This document shows, piece by piece, positions 46,897-56,879 of a stretch of DNA of 64,000 nucleotides (the first letter of the stretch is position 1; each line of letters begins with the position of its first letter). Location: the NCBI GenBank assembly GCA_034189385.1, contig JAXHVD010000005.1, forward strand, positions 32,001-96,000. Reading direction: 5' to 3'. Source of the DNA: Thermodesulfobacteriota bacterium (GTDB lineage: Bacteria; Desulfobacterota; Desulfobacteria; Desulfobacterales; C00003060). Position numbers and translations under genes: made by a program. Below the pieces are notes generated by a model. The model was not told the origin of the DNA. It did no database searches and worked only from the letters and a program-made list of their open reading frames with translations.

Positions 46897-47588
46897 GGCA
46901 AGTCCCTTCGGTCTCCATTTGGTTTGACCATGATCTTTCTGGCAATCCCTCGGCCCAAGGCCAACCTCGTGGCATTTACTGCCACCACCACTTGTCCCTC
47001 ACCCCTGTTGGTGATGACTTCCACTTCATCTCCGCTTCGCAGCCCCATGGTAGCCAAGCGCAGTTGTGCGCCAGCACCTCCCATGAACTCTTCTATGATG
47101 CCCCGCTCCCCTTCTTGGGCATACGATAGCGGCATCAATTGGACGCGTTCTTTCACACAGTCTGCGCAAAGCCCGTAGATCTCCATCTTGTGCTGGAGCA
47201 TGTGAAAGCCATGGGTAGCCGCTATTTCCACTTGCAGGTGTTCCATCTGCTGATTTTTGAACTCAACAATCTTCCGGCACTTCGTACATATGAGGTGATC
47301 GTGGTGTAACCCAAGGTGACGATGCTCGTAACGGGTGGGCTGACCTTCGAATTTTTCCTTTGAGGCAAACCCATACCGGCACATCAGGTTGAGTGTCTTC
47401 TTTACGAAGTCAGGCTCAAAATGAAGGCCTTTTCTTTCTAACAGGTCCATGAGATCTTTGAAGCTTACATGTGCCTCTTGTCCAAGAAAGACGCCGAGGA
47501 TGGCCATTCGATCCTGAATTTGGTCTATTCCTTCCCTTTCAAAAAGACGTTTGAATTGTCGCTTTTCCTGCTGATGAATCGGGTCCAT
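46893..47588 (-). CDS. Fur-family regulator fused to a FeoA domain
   Basis: YEH...HHDHLICTKC...YGLCADC, then MPLS...RLATMGL...RLALGRGIARKIMV. Confidence 0.9.
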   Translation of the reverse strand: MDPIHQQEKRQFKRLFEREGIDQIQDRMAILGVFLGQEAHVSFKDLMDLLERKGLHFEPDFVKKTLNLMCRYGFASKEKFEGQPTRYEHRHLGLHHDHLICTKCRKIVEFKNQQMEHLQVEIAATHGFHMLQHKMEIYGLCADCVKERVQLMPLSYAQEGERGIIEEFMGGAGAQLRLATMGLRSGDEVEVITNRGEGQVVVAVNATRLALGRGIARKIMVKPNGDRRDLP

Positions 47589-47601
47589 AAAACAGGCCCC
47601 C

Positions 47602-47622
47602 TATTGCAACTAAATTTCAATA
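47602..47622. promoter_or_regulatory. Candidate Fur box upstream of the feo operon
   Basis: Imperfect palindrome TATTGCAACTAAATTTCAATA about 14 bp upstream of the start codon. Confidence 0.65.
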
Positions 47623-47692
47623 AAGTTAATGCACGACAGCGAGCTTGTCAATCCCTGCTTCGGGGCGTGCTGGTGACTTGACGTATGGTTGC

Positions 47693-47941
47693 CTAACTTT
47701 TGGAATAACCGGGGAACTCTATCGAGGTGCAGGTCCCGGAGGCACATTGCCTGGATTCGACCGTTGGGCGTCGTGCTTCGCCTCCACTCGGGCCTACTGA
47801 ATAGGTGGTGGTGCTCATGACACGTTCAAAGTCAGAGGATTGACAGTGGGGACACCTCATGTCAAACCCGTCCTCTTCTTTGACCTTGAGGAGCTCGAAG
47901 ACCTGGTTACACTTCAAACAGCGGAATTCATATATGGGCAT
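47693..47941 (-). CDS. FmdB-family zinc-ribbon protein
   Basis: RBS AAAGGAG; MPIYEFRCLKC...CPHC. Confidence 0.88.
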   Translation of the reverse strand: MPIYEFRCLKCNQVFELLKVKEEDGFDMRCPHCQSSDFERVMSTTTYSVGPSGGEARRPTVESRQCASGTCTSIEFPGYSKS

Positions 47942-48225
47942 GATTATTCTCCTTTCTATATCATGAGTATAACAAAACCCAAAGATGGAGGCAATCATTA
48001 AATCTCCCACCGCGGAGACTGATGGGTTGTCCATGATCCCAGCTCGGCGGGAGAGCCTTCCCCTTGACCACCCAATAGGATTATCCTATTTTCTTATAAA
48101 AGGCTTAAGAAAAGCTTGCGCTCAGAAGTGGCAGTGAACCTCTTTGGCGGACGGTGATGAAAAGAGGCCCATGGCTGAAGTGGTCCACACTAGAACTTAT
48201 GAACATTACGACAAAATAATAGGAT

Positions 48226-48759
48226 ATGAGCGATACAAACTGGTGTGTCATCAGCGGTGCGCCGTCTTCAGGAAAAACAACGCTGGTGGAGGAGCTTGAA
48301 AGGCGCGGCTACCGGGTTATTCATGAAGTGGCCAGGGCCATCATTGAAGCAGGGATGGAGCAGGGCCGAACGCTAGAAGAGATTAGATCAGATGCAGAGT
48401 CTTTTGAAAACCTTGTCCTGAACACCAAGATTGCCATAGAGGCAGATCTTCCAAAGGATGAGGTCATTTTTCTTGACAGGGCCGTACCAGACAGCATTGC
48501 ATATTTTGAGATTGCAGGTTTGAATCCAGAGGAGGCTCTCGCAAAAAGCCCTCGCAATCGTTACAAGAAGGTTTTTTTGCTGGATAGACTTGCCTATCTG
48601 AGGGATGATGCCAGAATAGAAGATCAGGAGGAGGCCGCAAGTCTGGATCAAAGCCTGGAGGCCAGCTACTCAGCGCTCGGCTATGAGGTGATCAGAATTG
48701 GGGTGATGCCCGTCAAAGAGAGACTAACACGCGTCATAGAGGAAATAGAAAAAGAGTAA
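48226..48759 (+). CDS. P-loop ATPase/kinase (AAA_28, NadR/Ttd14-like)
   Basis: SGAPSSGKTT, HEVAR, FLDRAVPDSIAY. Confidence 0.85.
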   Translation: MSDTNWCVISGAPSSGKTTLVEELERRGYRVIHEVARAIIEAGMEQGRTLEEIRSDAESFENLVLNTKIAIEADLPKDEVIFLDRAVPDSIAYFEIAGLNPEEALAKSPRNRYKKVFLLDRLAYLRDDARIEDQEEAASLDQSLEASYSALGYEVIRIGVMPVKERLTRVIEEIEKE

Positions 48760-48828
48760 GGGTTCATCCTGTTACCCTTGGCGAGTGACAACCACCGGCT
48801 GTTGCCACCAGGAAAAGGAGGTGCCTCT

Positions 48829-49359
48829 ATGGAGAGGAAGGTTGGGAATTCAGTAGTTGAGGTGAGCCAGTCCGACTTGACTGAGATGGACACAGATGCC
48901 ATCGTCAATGCCGCCAACGCGCAGCTTATCCTAGGCGCTGGTGTGGCCGGCGCCATCAAGGCCAAGGGCGGTCCAAAGATCCAACAAGCATGCAATGTCA
49001 TTGGGGGGACCTTTGTAGGCGGGGCGGTGATAACGACAGGAGGAAATCTAAAAGCCCGTCACGTCATCCATGCAGTAGGGCCTCAGATGGGTGAAGGCGA
49101 AGAAGACGAAAAGCTCAAAAACGCCACCCTAAATAGCCTCAAGGTGGCAGATGAAAACAACCTTGCCAGCCTCAGTTTTCCGGCTATCAGTACGGGCATC
49201 TTTGGCTTTCCAAAGGACCGCTGCGCCGAGATCATGCTTGGTACTGTCATTGAGTATCTAAAAAAGGGAGAGACCAGACTTCAAAGGGTGGTCTTCTGTC
49301 TTCACGGAGCGTCCAGTTTCGAGATTTTCTCAGCAGCCTTGAAACGGCTCCAAGCATAA
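48829..49359 (+). CDS. Macro domain protein (ADP-ribose binding / O-acetyl-ADP-ribose deacetylase-like)
   Basis: RBS AGGAGG; DAIVNAAN, GVAGAI, VIHAVGP, FPAISTGIFGFP. Confidence 0.95.
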   Translation: MERKVGNSVVEVSQSDLTEMDTDAIVNAANAQLILGAGVAGAIKAKGGPKIQQACNVIGGTFVGGAVITTGGNLKARHVIHAVGPQMGEGEEDEKLKNATLNSLKVADENNLASLSFPAISTGIFGFPKDRCAEIMLGTVIEYLKKGETRLQRVVFCLHGASSFEIFSAALKRLQA

Positions 49360-49508
49360 ACATAATCTGAGTGTCACTTACGTCGTGCATCCTGCCAGAT
49401 GGCGTCCACAGGTGGAAGCCTTAACTTGCCAGGGGCATGATGCGGCGCAACCCGATTCTGTCTGGTCGGAGGAGGCCAGAGGAAGCGGCATGGACTTCTT
49501 ACAAACCG

Positions 49509-50912
49509 TCATTGTGGTGGGCATGGCATGGAGTTGTTCACAGGCGAAGGGATCCTACTTGCAGGAACCATAACCTTGGCATTCGCCCTTTGTTCCCAGT
49601 CAGTGACATCTTCTTTCTGGAGAAAAAGCGCAGTGTTGCCGTGACAATTGTTGCAGTTTTTGTTTTGTGGCGTCACCCGTTGAAGCGTGTGAGGTGTGTC
49701 CAGTTTCCAGGTAGGAAGTCTGTCAAAATCGCTTAGCCCGTCCTTTACATAGAAATCAAAGAGGCCCGGATGTGCAGGGGCATGACGCAACACTACATAG
49801 TTATAGGGCCTGTCTTCACTCTTGCCAGGATTGATGCCTATCTTAAAGAGCATCGTGGTTTCCCTAGATTGGTAGTAGGGAAGGCCTTGTTTGTCTGTTC
49901 CAACGTGGCACTGGAAGCAGTTTTTGTAGGGCCTGCCGTGGCAGACTTGGCATGCCACCTTGTCCCTGTGAATCCTGTGTGACGCTGTGCTAGGGTTTTC
50001 CGATACAGCGTCCCAGTGGCAGTTTTCGCATCGGGGCCTCTCGGGCAGATCAAGTCGACTGGAAACCCCCATGGCATCAGCATGCATCTCCATGCCGGTG
50101 TGGCAGTCCATACACGTCATGTTCACTTTGGCATAATGGACGTCTGCTGGATACCCCTCGTTTCCCCCAGTATACTCCTTATAAGTGCGGCCGCTGTGGC
50201 AGCCCGCACAGCCAGAGTCCATTGGTGGGCTCTTCTGAAAAACATGTCCGGCCAGGAACCCCCCCTCCGCGTAATCTGGACGGCTGACATGACACTGCCC
50301 GCAGCTTGCGTGACAGACACTGCAGTGCTTATCTCTGGCCGACCAGACTTTGTCCATGATTCCCTGGTCCTTCTTGTTGGTCCGGGCCCTGATCGTCCTG
50401 CTGAAGGGAGCCAGCGTGTAGTGAAGGCTATTCTTGGCTGTGGACGTGATACCCTGGTGACATGCTCCGCAAGCCTTGTCGGCATCGGGAAAGGTGGGAT
50501 CTCTCACAAGCCCCTCGTGGGCGGCCTGCCAATTGGATGCCAGTGGGTTGCCTTGATGGCATGTCTGGCAAGGTATTTTCCCATGGCGGGTCTTGAGGAA
50601 TGACCGGTCAACATAGGTCCTCTCGTGCGGCTCGGACCAAGCCACAGGCTCGGCTCAACATTCGCCAGTGGATTCTGGTGACGGGCCAGGCTTTGGCCTT
50701 ACCTTTTCCATCTCCCTGGCCAAGGTGACTTGCCTTTCGGCATTGGTGTGGCAACTGACGCATTCACTCTGCGCCAAGTCCTGGTTAGCCACAGAACGCG
50801 GTGACACGCCACACGCCGGCAGGGCAAAAGATAAGACTAGAAGTCCAATGGAGATAAAAAATGCTCCCAGCCTATTTGTCCTGTTCCATTTCAGAGAGTC
50901 TATCTCGAGCAT
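49509..50912 (-). CDS. Multiheme cytochrome c lipoprotein (11 CxxCH), probable selenoprotein read through TGA 50655-50657
   Basis: Upstream ORF (lipobox LPAC, one CxxCH) and downstream ORF (10 CxxCH, no signal peptide) are in frame across a single TGA followed by a SECIS-like hairpin; start uncertain (50912 or 50921). Confidence 0.8.
50621..50654 (-). promoter_or_regulatory. Putative bacterial SECIS element
   Basis: After UGA: GCCGAGCC-UGUGGCUUG-GUC-CGAGCCGCA, a 9-bp stem with two G-U pairs and apical GGUC about 17-20 nt downstream of UGA. Confidence 0.7.
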
Positions 50913-51093
50913 TTCTCGCATATTCGCTGTCGGGGTAATTAGCCACAATTTCCTGGTACAACTTCTTGGCGTGCTCTTCGTTGTGTTGCAACTCTTCCAG
51001 CCGTGCGGTATCAAAAAGCTCTTCAGCCTTATTGCCCGTGCAGCCAGAAAGGGCTAGGGCAGCCCAAAGAAAGAGGAAAGAATATCGTTTCAT
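50872..51093 (-). CDS. Small TPR-like lipoprotein
   Basis: RBS AGGAGG; lipobox LSGC; AKKLYQEIVANYPDSEYA TPR-like helix pair. Confidence 0.85.
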   Translation of the reverse strand: MKRYSFLFLWAALALSGCTGNKAEELFDTARLEELQHNEEHAKKLYQEIVANYPDSEYARNARDRLSEMEQDK

Positions 51094-51398
51094 AGGCCCT
51101 CCTTAATTTATTGCTTATCACGAAATGGTGAGGGACATCAAATGGCCCCCCCCTTCTGTGGCGGTGGTTTTTAAGTCTACCAAGTCTCAGGGCGATTTTC
51201 CAAATAGATCTTGAGGGGCGGGATCTTTTCTGCCATACTATTAAATAATCGTCAATGATACCAAAGTATTGCAGAAAGCGTCATGGACCAAAGGGAGCGC
51301 TGGGGCTCGCTAGGACCACATTTAGTGGTTCTCAACGTTGTTGACGGGATGCAGCAACCAACATTCTGGGAACATGACCGCCTGCAGAGCACAGAGAT

Positions 51399-52040
51399 AT
51401 GCCGACAGAAGAGGACTACAAGACAGCTCGTGCGCTGGCATTTGAAAAGCTAGCAGAACTCGATGTTGGGGGGTGCTGCAAGAGGGCGGGGCTATCATTT
51501 GAAACAGTCTCACCAGACAAGAAGCGTGTCTCGATTCCGTATCTGGGCAAGACATACCATCTGAGTGTGTCGACCGAGAAGACCTCCTTTGATGAAGGTG
51601 AAGAGGCTCCCAAGATATCTGATCAGGTTCTCCTGCTCCACTATCTGATCACCGCTACCGGCATTCCTTTTGCGGACGAATGGATTACTTTTCGCGAAGT
51701 CCCGTCGGGCTCATTTTACTACCCGTCCTTTGTAAAACGGGCTATTGACCCCCTCGTAAGATCCTTTGGAAAGAGGCCAGAGCTCTTGGAAGGGACAGCC
51801 GGGAGGCTCGGTCAATTGATGGTGACCCTCCCGGGCGACAAGGGGGCGAAAATCTTAGCCCTTCCACGGGTGCCTGTAGTCCTTGCCCTGTGGAGGGGAG
51901 ATGACGAATTCCCGCCAGAGGGGAATGTCTATTTTGACGCCTCTGTTTCTTCCTATCTTTCCACAGAAGACATCGCCTACCTGGCCGGCGCAACGGTATA
52001 TAGGATCATCAGCATGGCACGTGATGTGGCGGGATTGTGA
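51399..52040 (+). CDS. DUF3786-family protein
   Basis: LLLHYL, WITFREVPSG, LPRVPV, WRGDDEFP, LSTED. Confidence 0.85.
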   Translation: MPTEEDYKTARALAFEKLAELDVGGCCKRAGLSFETVSPDKKRVSIPYLGKTYHLSVSTEKTSFDEGEEAPKISDQVLLLHYLITATGIPFADEWITFREVPSGSFYYPSFVKRAIDPLVRSFGKRPELLEGTAGRLGQLMVTLPGDKGAKILALPRVPVVLALWRGDDEFPPEGNVYFDASVSSYLSTEDIAYLAGATVYRIISMARDVAGL

Positions 52041-52101
52041 CCGCCTGTGGAGTGTTAGAGTAATGGAATGGCGAGGTGATGGCTTCCAAGAGGCTGGTGC
52101 C

Positions 52102-52869
52102 ATGAAAATTACCATACTTGGCTCAGGTACCTGTGTGCCCTCTTTGAAACGGAGCAGCTGTTCGGTACTCATCCAGATCGACAAAAAGTGGCTGCTTTTT
52201 GACTCCGGCGCCGGGACCATGAGAAGACTCCTTGAGGCAGGGGTCACCATTGACAGGATTTCGCATCTCTTTTATAGCCACCTTCATCCAGACCACTCTG
52301 GAGAGCTGGTCCCCTTCTTGTTTTCAACCAAGTACCCGGAGACCTACAGACGACGCACGCCCTTTACCGTTATCGCCGCCAAAGGATTTGTGGACTTCTA
52401 TAAAAAGCTGAAGTTGGCTTATGGAGAGTGGATTGAAATGTCACCAGGCCTCATGCGCATCTTAGAACTTGACAATAAGATTGGCGACCATCTCGATTGC
52501 GGCCTTTTTGACGTAGACAGCCTGCCCATGAATCATACGGACAAAAGCCTGGCCTATCGAATTACTGCGCCCAACGGCTGCTCTGTTGTCTACTCAGGAG
52601 ACACAGACGTATGTGAAAACCTGGTGACCCTGGCCAAGGATGCAGATCTGCTGATTTGCGAATCTGCCTTGCCTGATGAGATGAAGGTGCCCGGGCACCT
52701 CACGCCATCTCTGGCAGGTCACATTGCCACCCAAGCAGGCGTCAAGAGGCTTGTCTTAACCCACTTTTATCCTGAGTGCGACAGGGTGGATGTGTCCGCA
52801 CAATGCCGAAAGACCTATCAGGGAGACCTCGTTCTGGCAGAAGATCTTTTGGAAATCCACCTTTCTTAG
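52102..52869 (+). CDS. Metallo-beta-lactamase-fold hydrolase (RNase Z/BN-like)
   Basis: ILGSG, SHLHPDH, YSGDT, GHLT, LTHFY. Confidence 0.92.
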   Translation: MKITILGSGTCVPSLKRSSCSVLIQIDKKWLLFDSGAGTMRRLLEAGVTIDRISHLFYSHLHPDHSGELVPFLFSTKYPETYRRRTPFTVIAAKGFVDFYKKLKLAYGEWIEMSPGLMRILELDNKIGDHLDCGLFDVDSLPMNHTDKSLAYRITAPNGCSVVYSGDTDVCENLVTLAKDADLLICESALPDEMKVPGHLTPSLAGHIATQAGVKRLVLTHFYPECDRVDVSAQCRKTYQGDLVLAEDLLEIHLS

Positions 52870-53002
52870 GTAGTTTCCATCCATAAAGCGTTTAGCTATC
52901 AACAGGCACCGGCAGAGTATTGTATGGGACGCCGTCGAGGCGCCTTTACAAGAGGATCGTCAAAAGAAGAGGGTGCCGTTAGAAAGAGGGGAATCAGAAG
53001 AT

Positions 53003-53030
53003 AGCCCCCCCGCCCTGGAGGCGGGGGGGG
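53003..53030. terminator. GC-rich hairpin between convergent genes
   Basis: CCCCCCCGCC-CTGGA-GGCGGGGGGG just beyond the Mrp stop; no clear U tract. Confidence 0.5.
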
Positions 53031-53044
53031 GTGGGGGAGGGGCA

Positions 53045-54292
53045 TTAATGGTCACACACGTTTTCTCCGGTAACCAATGCGTTTGAGAGATATTGCTGTA
53101 CCAGTTCCTCAGGTACAAGATTAGGCGCCCCTGTCATCACCTTAATGTCGTTTTCTCCAAAAAGGCTGAGGGCCCTCTGTCCCATGCCTCCCGCAATAAT
53201 CACGCTCACACCCTGTTCGTGGAGCCACTTGGGCAGCACGCCCGGCTCATGGGGTGGGGGGGTCAACATCTCTTTCTTCGTTATTTCCTGGTTTTCCACA
53301 TGAACAATGGCAAAATCTGCCGCATGGCCAAAATGGGCCGTGAGTTTACCTTCAGCGACAGGGATTGCGATTTTCATAACGCCATCCTCCTTCTTTCCTT
53401 TTTCCGTCTGTGATGTCTTGGGAGCAGGTTTAGAAGCAACGGCTCCTGTCTGGTTGTTTTCTATTATTCTTTCAACCACTTCATTGAACGCTTGCGTTGT
53501 CTCAGAGTCCGGATATTTTCCCATGTACGATTCCCCTGCATCACCGCACTGTACCAGCTTGGGATCAAAGGGGATCCGACCCAAAAAGGGCACATTCATG
53601 GCCAGAGCCGTTTTAAAACCGCCACCTGTTCCGAAGAGCTCCACCGATTGGCCACAATGGGGGCACAAGAATCCGCTCATATTTTCTATTAGTCCCAGGA
53701 TGGGCATCTTAACGGTCCTGCAAAAACTGATCGATTTCCTGATGTCGGCCAGAGAAATCTCCTGGGGAGTGGTGACGATAATGGCCTTGGCACCAGGGAT
53801 GGTTTGAGCGATAGAGAGCGGTTCATCCCCTGTGCCAGGCGGCGAGTCGATAATGAGATAATCGAGTCTTTCCCAATGCACGTCAGAGATGAATTGCCGG
53901 ATAACATGCATCTTCAAGGGACCCCTCCAGATCACGGCTTCGTCCTGATCTTGGGCAAGGGACTCAATGGAGACTACTTTGAGATTGTCGGAGTATGCCT
54001 TTGGTACCATTCGGTTATCGGCGCTGATGCCAAGAAGGCCCTTGAGCCCCAGCATTCTCGGTATGTCAGGGCCATGGAGATCAACGTCCATGAGCCCTAC
54101 CTTGGCCCCCTTTTTTGACAGAGCCACAGCCAGGTTGGCAGAGACACTGCTTTTGCCCACACCACCTTTTCCGCTCATGACCAGAAACTTATGCTTGATA
54201 AGACTGAGCGATTCTTGGATGGCCAGGTCTTGTGGGTCCGTCCCTCCACCCTGCTTGGATGGCCCTTGGCCAGATTTCTTAACTTCACTCAT
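53045..54292 (-). CDS. mrp: Mrp/NBP35 (ApbC) Fe-S carrier ATPase fused to a NifB/NifX-like domain
   Basis: GKGGVGKS, IWRGP, DSPPGTGDE, ENMS, CPHC; C-terminal MKIAIP...HFGHA...GGMG...NVCDH. Confidence 0.93.
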   Translation of the reverse strand: MSEVKKSGQGPSKQGGGTDPQDLAIQESLSLIKHKFLVMSGKGGVGKSSVSANLAVALSKKGAKVGLMDVDLHGPDIPRMLGLKGLLGISADNRMVPKAYSDNLKVVSIESLAQDQDEAVIWRGPLKMHVIRQFISDVHWERLDYLIIDSPPGTGDEPLSIAQTIPGAKAIIVTTPQEISLADIRKSISFCRTVKMPILGLIENMSGFLCPHCGQSVELFGTGGGFKTALAMNVPFLGRIPFDPKLVQCGDAGESYMGKYPDSETTQAFNEVVERIIENNQTGAVASKPAPKTSQTEKGKKEDGVMKIAIPVAEGKLTAHFGHAADFAIVHVENQEITKKEMLTPPPHEPGVLPKWLHEQGVSVIIAGGMGQRALSLFGENDIKVMTGAPNLVPEELVQQYLSNALVTGENVCDH

Positions 54293-54405
54293 CGAGAAAC
54301 CTCCTGTATTTGCTATTTTAGAATGTGGATGCCCAGTGTAGCAGGAACTATAAGCATTCAAACCCTTGGTGGCAACCCCTAACCCTTCACACCTGGGCCT
54401 ACTGA

Positions 54406-54768
54406 CTAGACCCAGTGCCCTTCTACATTGGGCCCGTCCACCTGCTCTAACCGGCCGTTTTTGTACTGCATGACGGCATCTATCACGCGTCCTTTGGCAC
54501 CCGTCACCACCTTGATGTCTGCAGCATTCAAGACATCAAAGGCCTTGGGCCCGCAATTGCCGGAGATCAATACACTCACCTTGTTATCTACAATAGTTTT
54601 GGCCGCTTGGATGCCCGCCCCTTGCGGCAAATTCAGATTTTGTACATTCTCCACGGCTTCATATTCCAGTGTCTTGGGGTTTACGACAACAAAATATGTG
54701 GCCCTCCCAAAACGGGGATCCATTTCGGAAATAAGCTCGTTCCCAGTAGAACTGACAGCAATTCTCAT
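54406..54768 (-). CDS. NifB/NifX-family protein (Orange protein-like)
   Basis: DPRFGRA, GAGIQAA, GNCGPKAF, VEGHW. Confidence 0.9.
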   Translation of the reverse strand: MRIAVSSTGNELISEMDPRFGRATYFVVVNPKTLEYEAVENVQNLNLPQGAGIQAAKTIVDNKVSVLISGNCGPKAFDVLNAADIKVVTGAKGRVIDAVMQYKNGRLEQVDGPNVEGHWV

Positions 54769-54793
54769 TCTTGGTTCTGCCTCCTCTTTTTCA

Positions 54794-55084
54794 CTAATTC
54801 CCGGCTTGTTTTAGCACCTCCATAAGCTGATCAGCCCTGTTGTATCCTGCCACCTTGATCTCCACCTCCTCAACGCCCTCTGTTTTTTCCACAGCCTTCT
54901 GAATGTTGTGGGCCAGTTCAAAGGCCATGGGACAGACTGGAGACGAGGGGTGAAAGGTAAAGCTGACTTTGCCGTGCTGGTCGACAGAGAGTCCTCTGAC
55001 CAGTCTCATGCGCATGATGTCAAGTTTGGTGCCTGGGTCAATCACTTCTCTTAAAGTATCTTCAACTTTTTTCTTTAGTGTCAT
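54794..55084 (-). CDS. DUF59 / Fe-S assembly protein
   Basis: LREVIDP...LDI...SPVCP. Confidence 0.85.
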   Translation of the reverse strand: MTLKKKVEDTLREVIDPGTKLDIMRMRLVRGLSVDQHGKVSFTFHPSSPVCPMAFELAHNIQKAVEKTEGVEEVEIKVAGYNRADQLMEVLKQAGN

Positions 55085-56016
55085 CGGTAATCCCTGAGTT
55101 GATAGTAGACCTCAGCGTCCTTGTTGACCACCTTGATCTTATCGTCCTTAACCAACAGGTCCATGTATTTTATGACCTCGTTCTTATGCACAGCCAACCC
55201 AGAAGAGATGTCATCCAAGGTGCACGGCCGTCTTGCAAGGAGGTTCAACAAGTCTTGTTCAATGTTGGTCTTGGGTTCGTGCTTGTGGCCGTCTTCAAAT
55301 GGTGCAATCACTTCTGCCTTCTCGCCTAGAATCTTGCAGAACCTCGCCATCTCCTCTTGGGAAACCTTCTGCGCATGAGGTTCTGCTGAAGGGCGGACAG
55401 CGGTGTTCACGTGTACCTTCTGCGGATCCACCCTTTCGATCCATTGCCTAAAGCGTGTGGCGTCGGTTTCCGTGGCATTTACATTTTTGAGGATGAAGAC
55501 CTCAAGCCATATCTCCCCGCTGTATACCTTCCGGAAGTCAACGAGTCCATCGACCATGGCCCTAAAGCTGATCTCGGGATGGGGGCGATTGATTACCTCA
55601 AACCCCCTTTGGTCATATGCGTCTAAAGACGGCAGCACGACGTCAGCCTCCATGATAGATTCTTGAACCCTGCCGTCTCCCAAAAGGGAACCGTTGGTTA
55701 ACACCGCTACCGGAATGTCAGTGTGTTTCTTAATGTCATGAATCAGTGGGCCGATATCACTATTCAATGTGGGTTCCCCAGATCCTGCCAGGGAGATGTA
55801 GTCTGCGTCCAGACCCTCTTCCATGGTTTCATAGAACTGATCCAGGATCTTTCTTACCGGTATATAAGGCTTTCTTTCAATGGTCTTGGTCTTGGTTCGC
55901 CCAAGTTGGCAATAGATACAGTCATAGGAACAGACCTTATATGGAACCAGATCAAGGCCTAAAGAGCGTCCCAACCTCCGTGAGGGCACAGGCCCGTAAA
56001 GAAAGCGTTGCTTCAT
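55081..56016 (-). CDS. Radical SAM protein
   Basis: YGPVPSRRLGRSLG, CSYDCIYC, GSGEPTL, LTNGS. Confidence 0.92.
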   Translation of the reverse strand: MKQRFLYGPVPSRRLGRSLGLDLVPYKVCSYDCIYCQLGRTKTKTIERKPYIPVRKILDQFYETMEEGLDADYISLAGSGEPTLNSDIGPLIHDIKKHTDIPVAVLTNGSLLGDGRVQESIMEADVVLPSLDAYDQRGFEVINRPHPEISFRAMVDGLVDFRKVYSGEIWLEVFILKNVNATETDATRFRQWIERVDPQKVHVNTAVRPSAEPHAQKVSQEEMARFCKILGEKAEVIAPFEDGHKHEPKTNIEQDLLNLLARRPCTLDDISSGLAVHKNEVIKYMDLLVKDDKIKVVNKDAEVYYQLRDYR

Positions 56017-56879
56017 TGTCTTCCCAGGCAGTCATCAACCCGATGCCAGATATCTTTTATGGCCTCAGACACCTTGCCCTTTGAGAACTCGACAACACTC
56101 TGTCCAGCCACCATGGCACGGGTGACCTCGGTGTCGTAGGGGATATGCCCCACCAATTCAATGCCGTTCTTTCCACAATAATCTGCAACCCGCGCAGACA
56201 TCTCCTCATTGAGGTCGAATTTGTTGATACAGGCCAGGGTAGGTATCTTGAAGTGGGCAGCCAGCCCGCCAACCCGTTCAAGGTCGTGAAGTCCTGACAG
56301 GGTGGGTTCGGTCACTATAAGGACCAAACTTGTGCCGGTTATGGAGGCAATGACGGGACATCCAATCCCCGGGGGGCCGTCCACAATAACGGTATCTAGC
56401 CCCCTGTCCTCGGCTAGGACTTTGGCCTGATTTCTAACGAGGCTTACCAGCAACCCAGAGTTCTCCTCTGCGATACCCAGGCGGGCATGGACCATGGGGC
56501 CAAACCTGCTTTCAGAGACGTACCACTTACCGCAAACACTCTGGGGAAAGTCAATGGCCTCCACTGGGCAGAAATGGACACACACCCCGCATCCCTCGCA
56601 ATCGATCTTATTGACTACAAACTCTGGACTAATGGCATTGAACTGACATCGATTCAGGCACTCCCCGCATTCCGTGCACCTATCAGGGTCAATGACGGCG
56701 ATTCGCCCCCCCTTGAAATCTTCCTCATGCCTGATCTCCGGGGCAAGAATCAAGTGAAGATCGGCCGCGTCCACATCGGCATCGGCCATGACCTTTTCTT
56801 TAGCAAGGGCCGCGAAAGAGGCTACCACACTGGTCTTACCAGTGCCGCCTTTGCCACTTATGATCGTTATTTCTTTCAT
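56013..56879 (-). CDS. MinD-superfamily P-loop ATPase with inserted 2x[4Fe-4S] ferredoxin
   Basis: SGKGGTGKT, DADVDA, CTECGEC, CEGCGVC, DGPPGIGCP, TEPT. Confidence 0.93.
   Translation of the reverse strand: MKEITIISGKGGTGKTSVVASFAALAKEKVMADADVDAADLHLILAPEIRHEEDFKGGRIAVIDPDRCTECGECLNRCQFNAISPEFVVNKIDCEGCGVCVHFCPVEAIDFPQSVCGKWYVSESRFGPMVHARLGIAEENSGLLVSLVRNQAKVLAEDRGLDTVIVDGPPGIGCPVIASITGTSLVLIVTEPTLSGLHDLERVGGLAAHFKIPTLACINKFDLNEEMSARVADYCGKNGIELVGHIPYDTEVTRAMVAGQSVVEFSKGKVSEAIKDIWHRVDDCLGRQ

Noticed and set aside
45871..47178. 435-aa plus-strand ORF
   Set aside because: Antisense to feoB, feoA and the Fur-FeoA fusion; no recognisable motifs.
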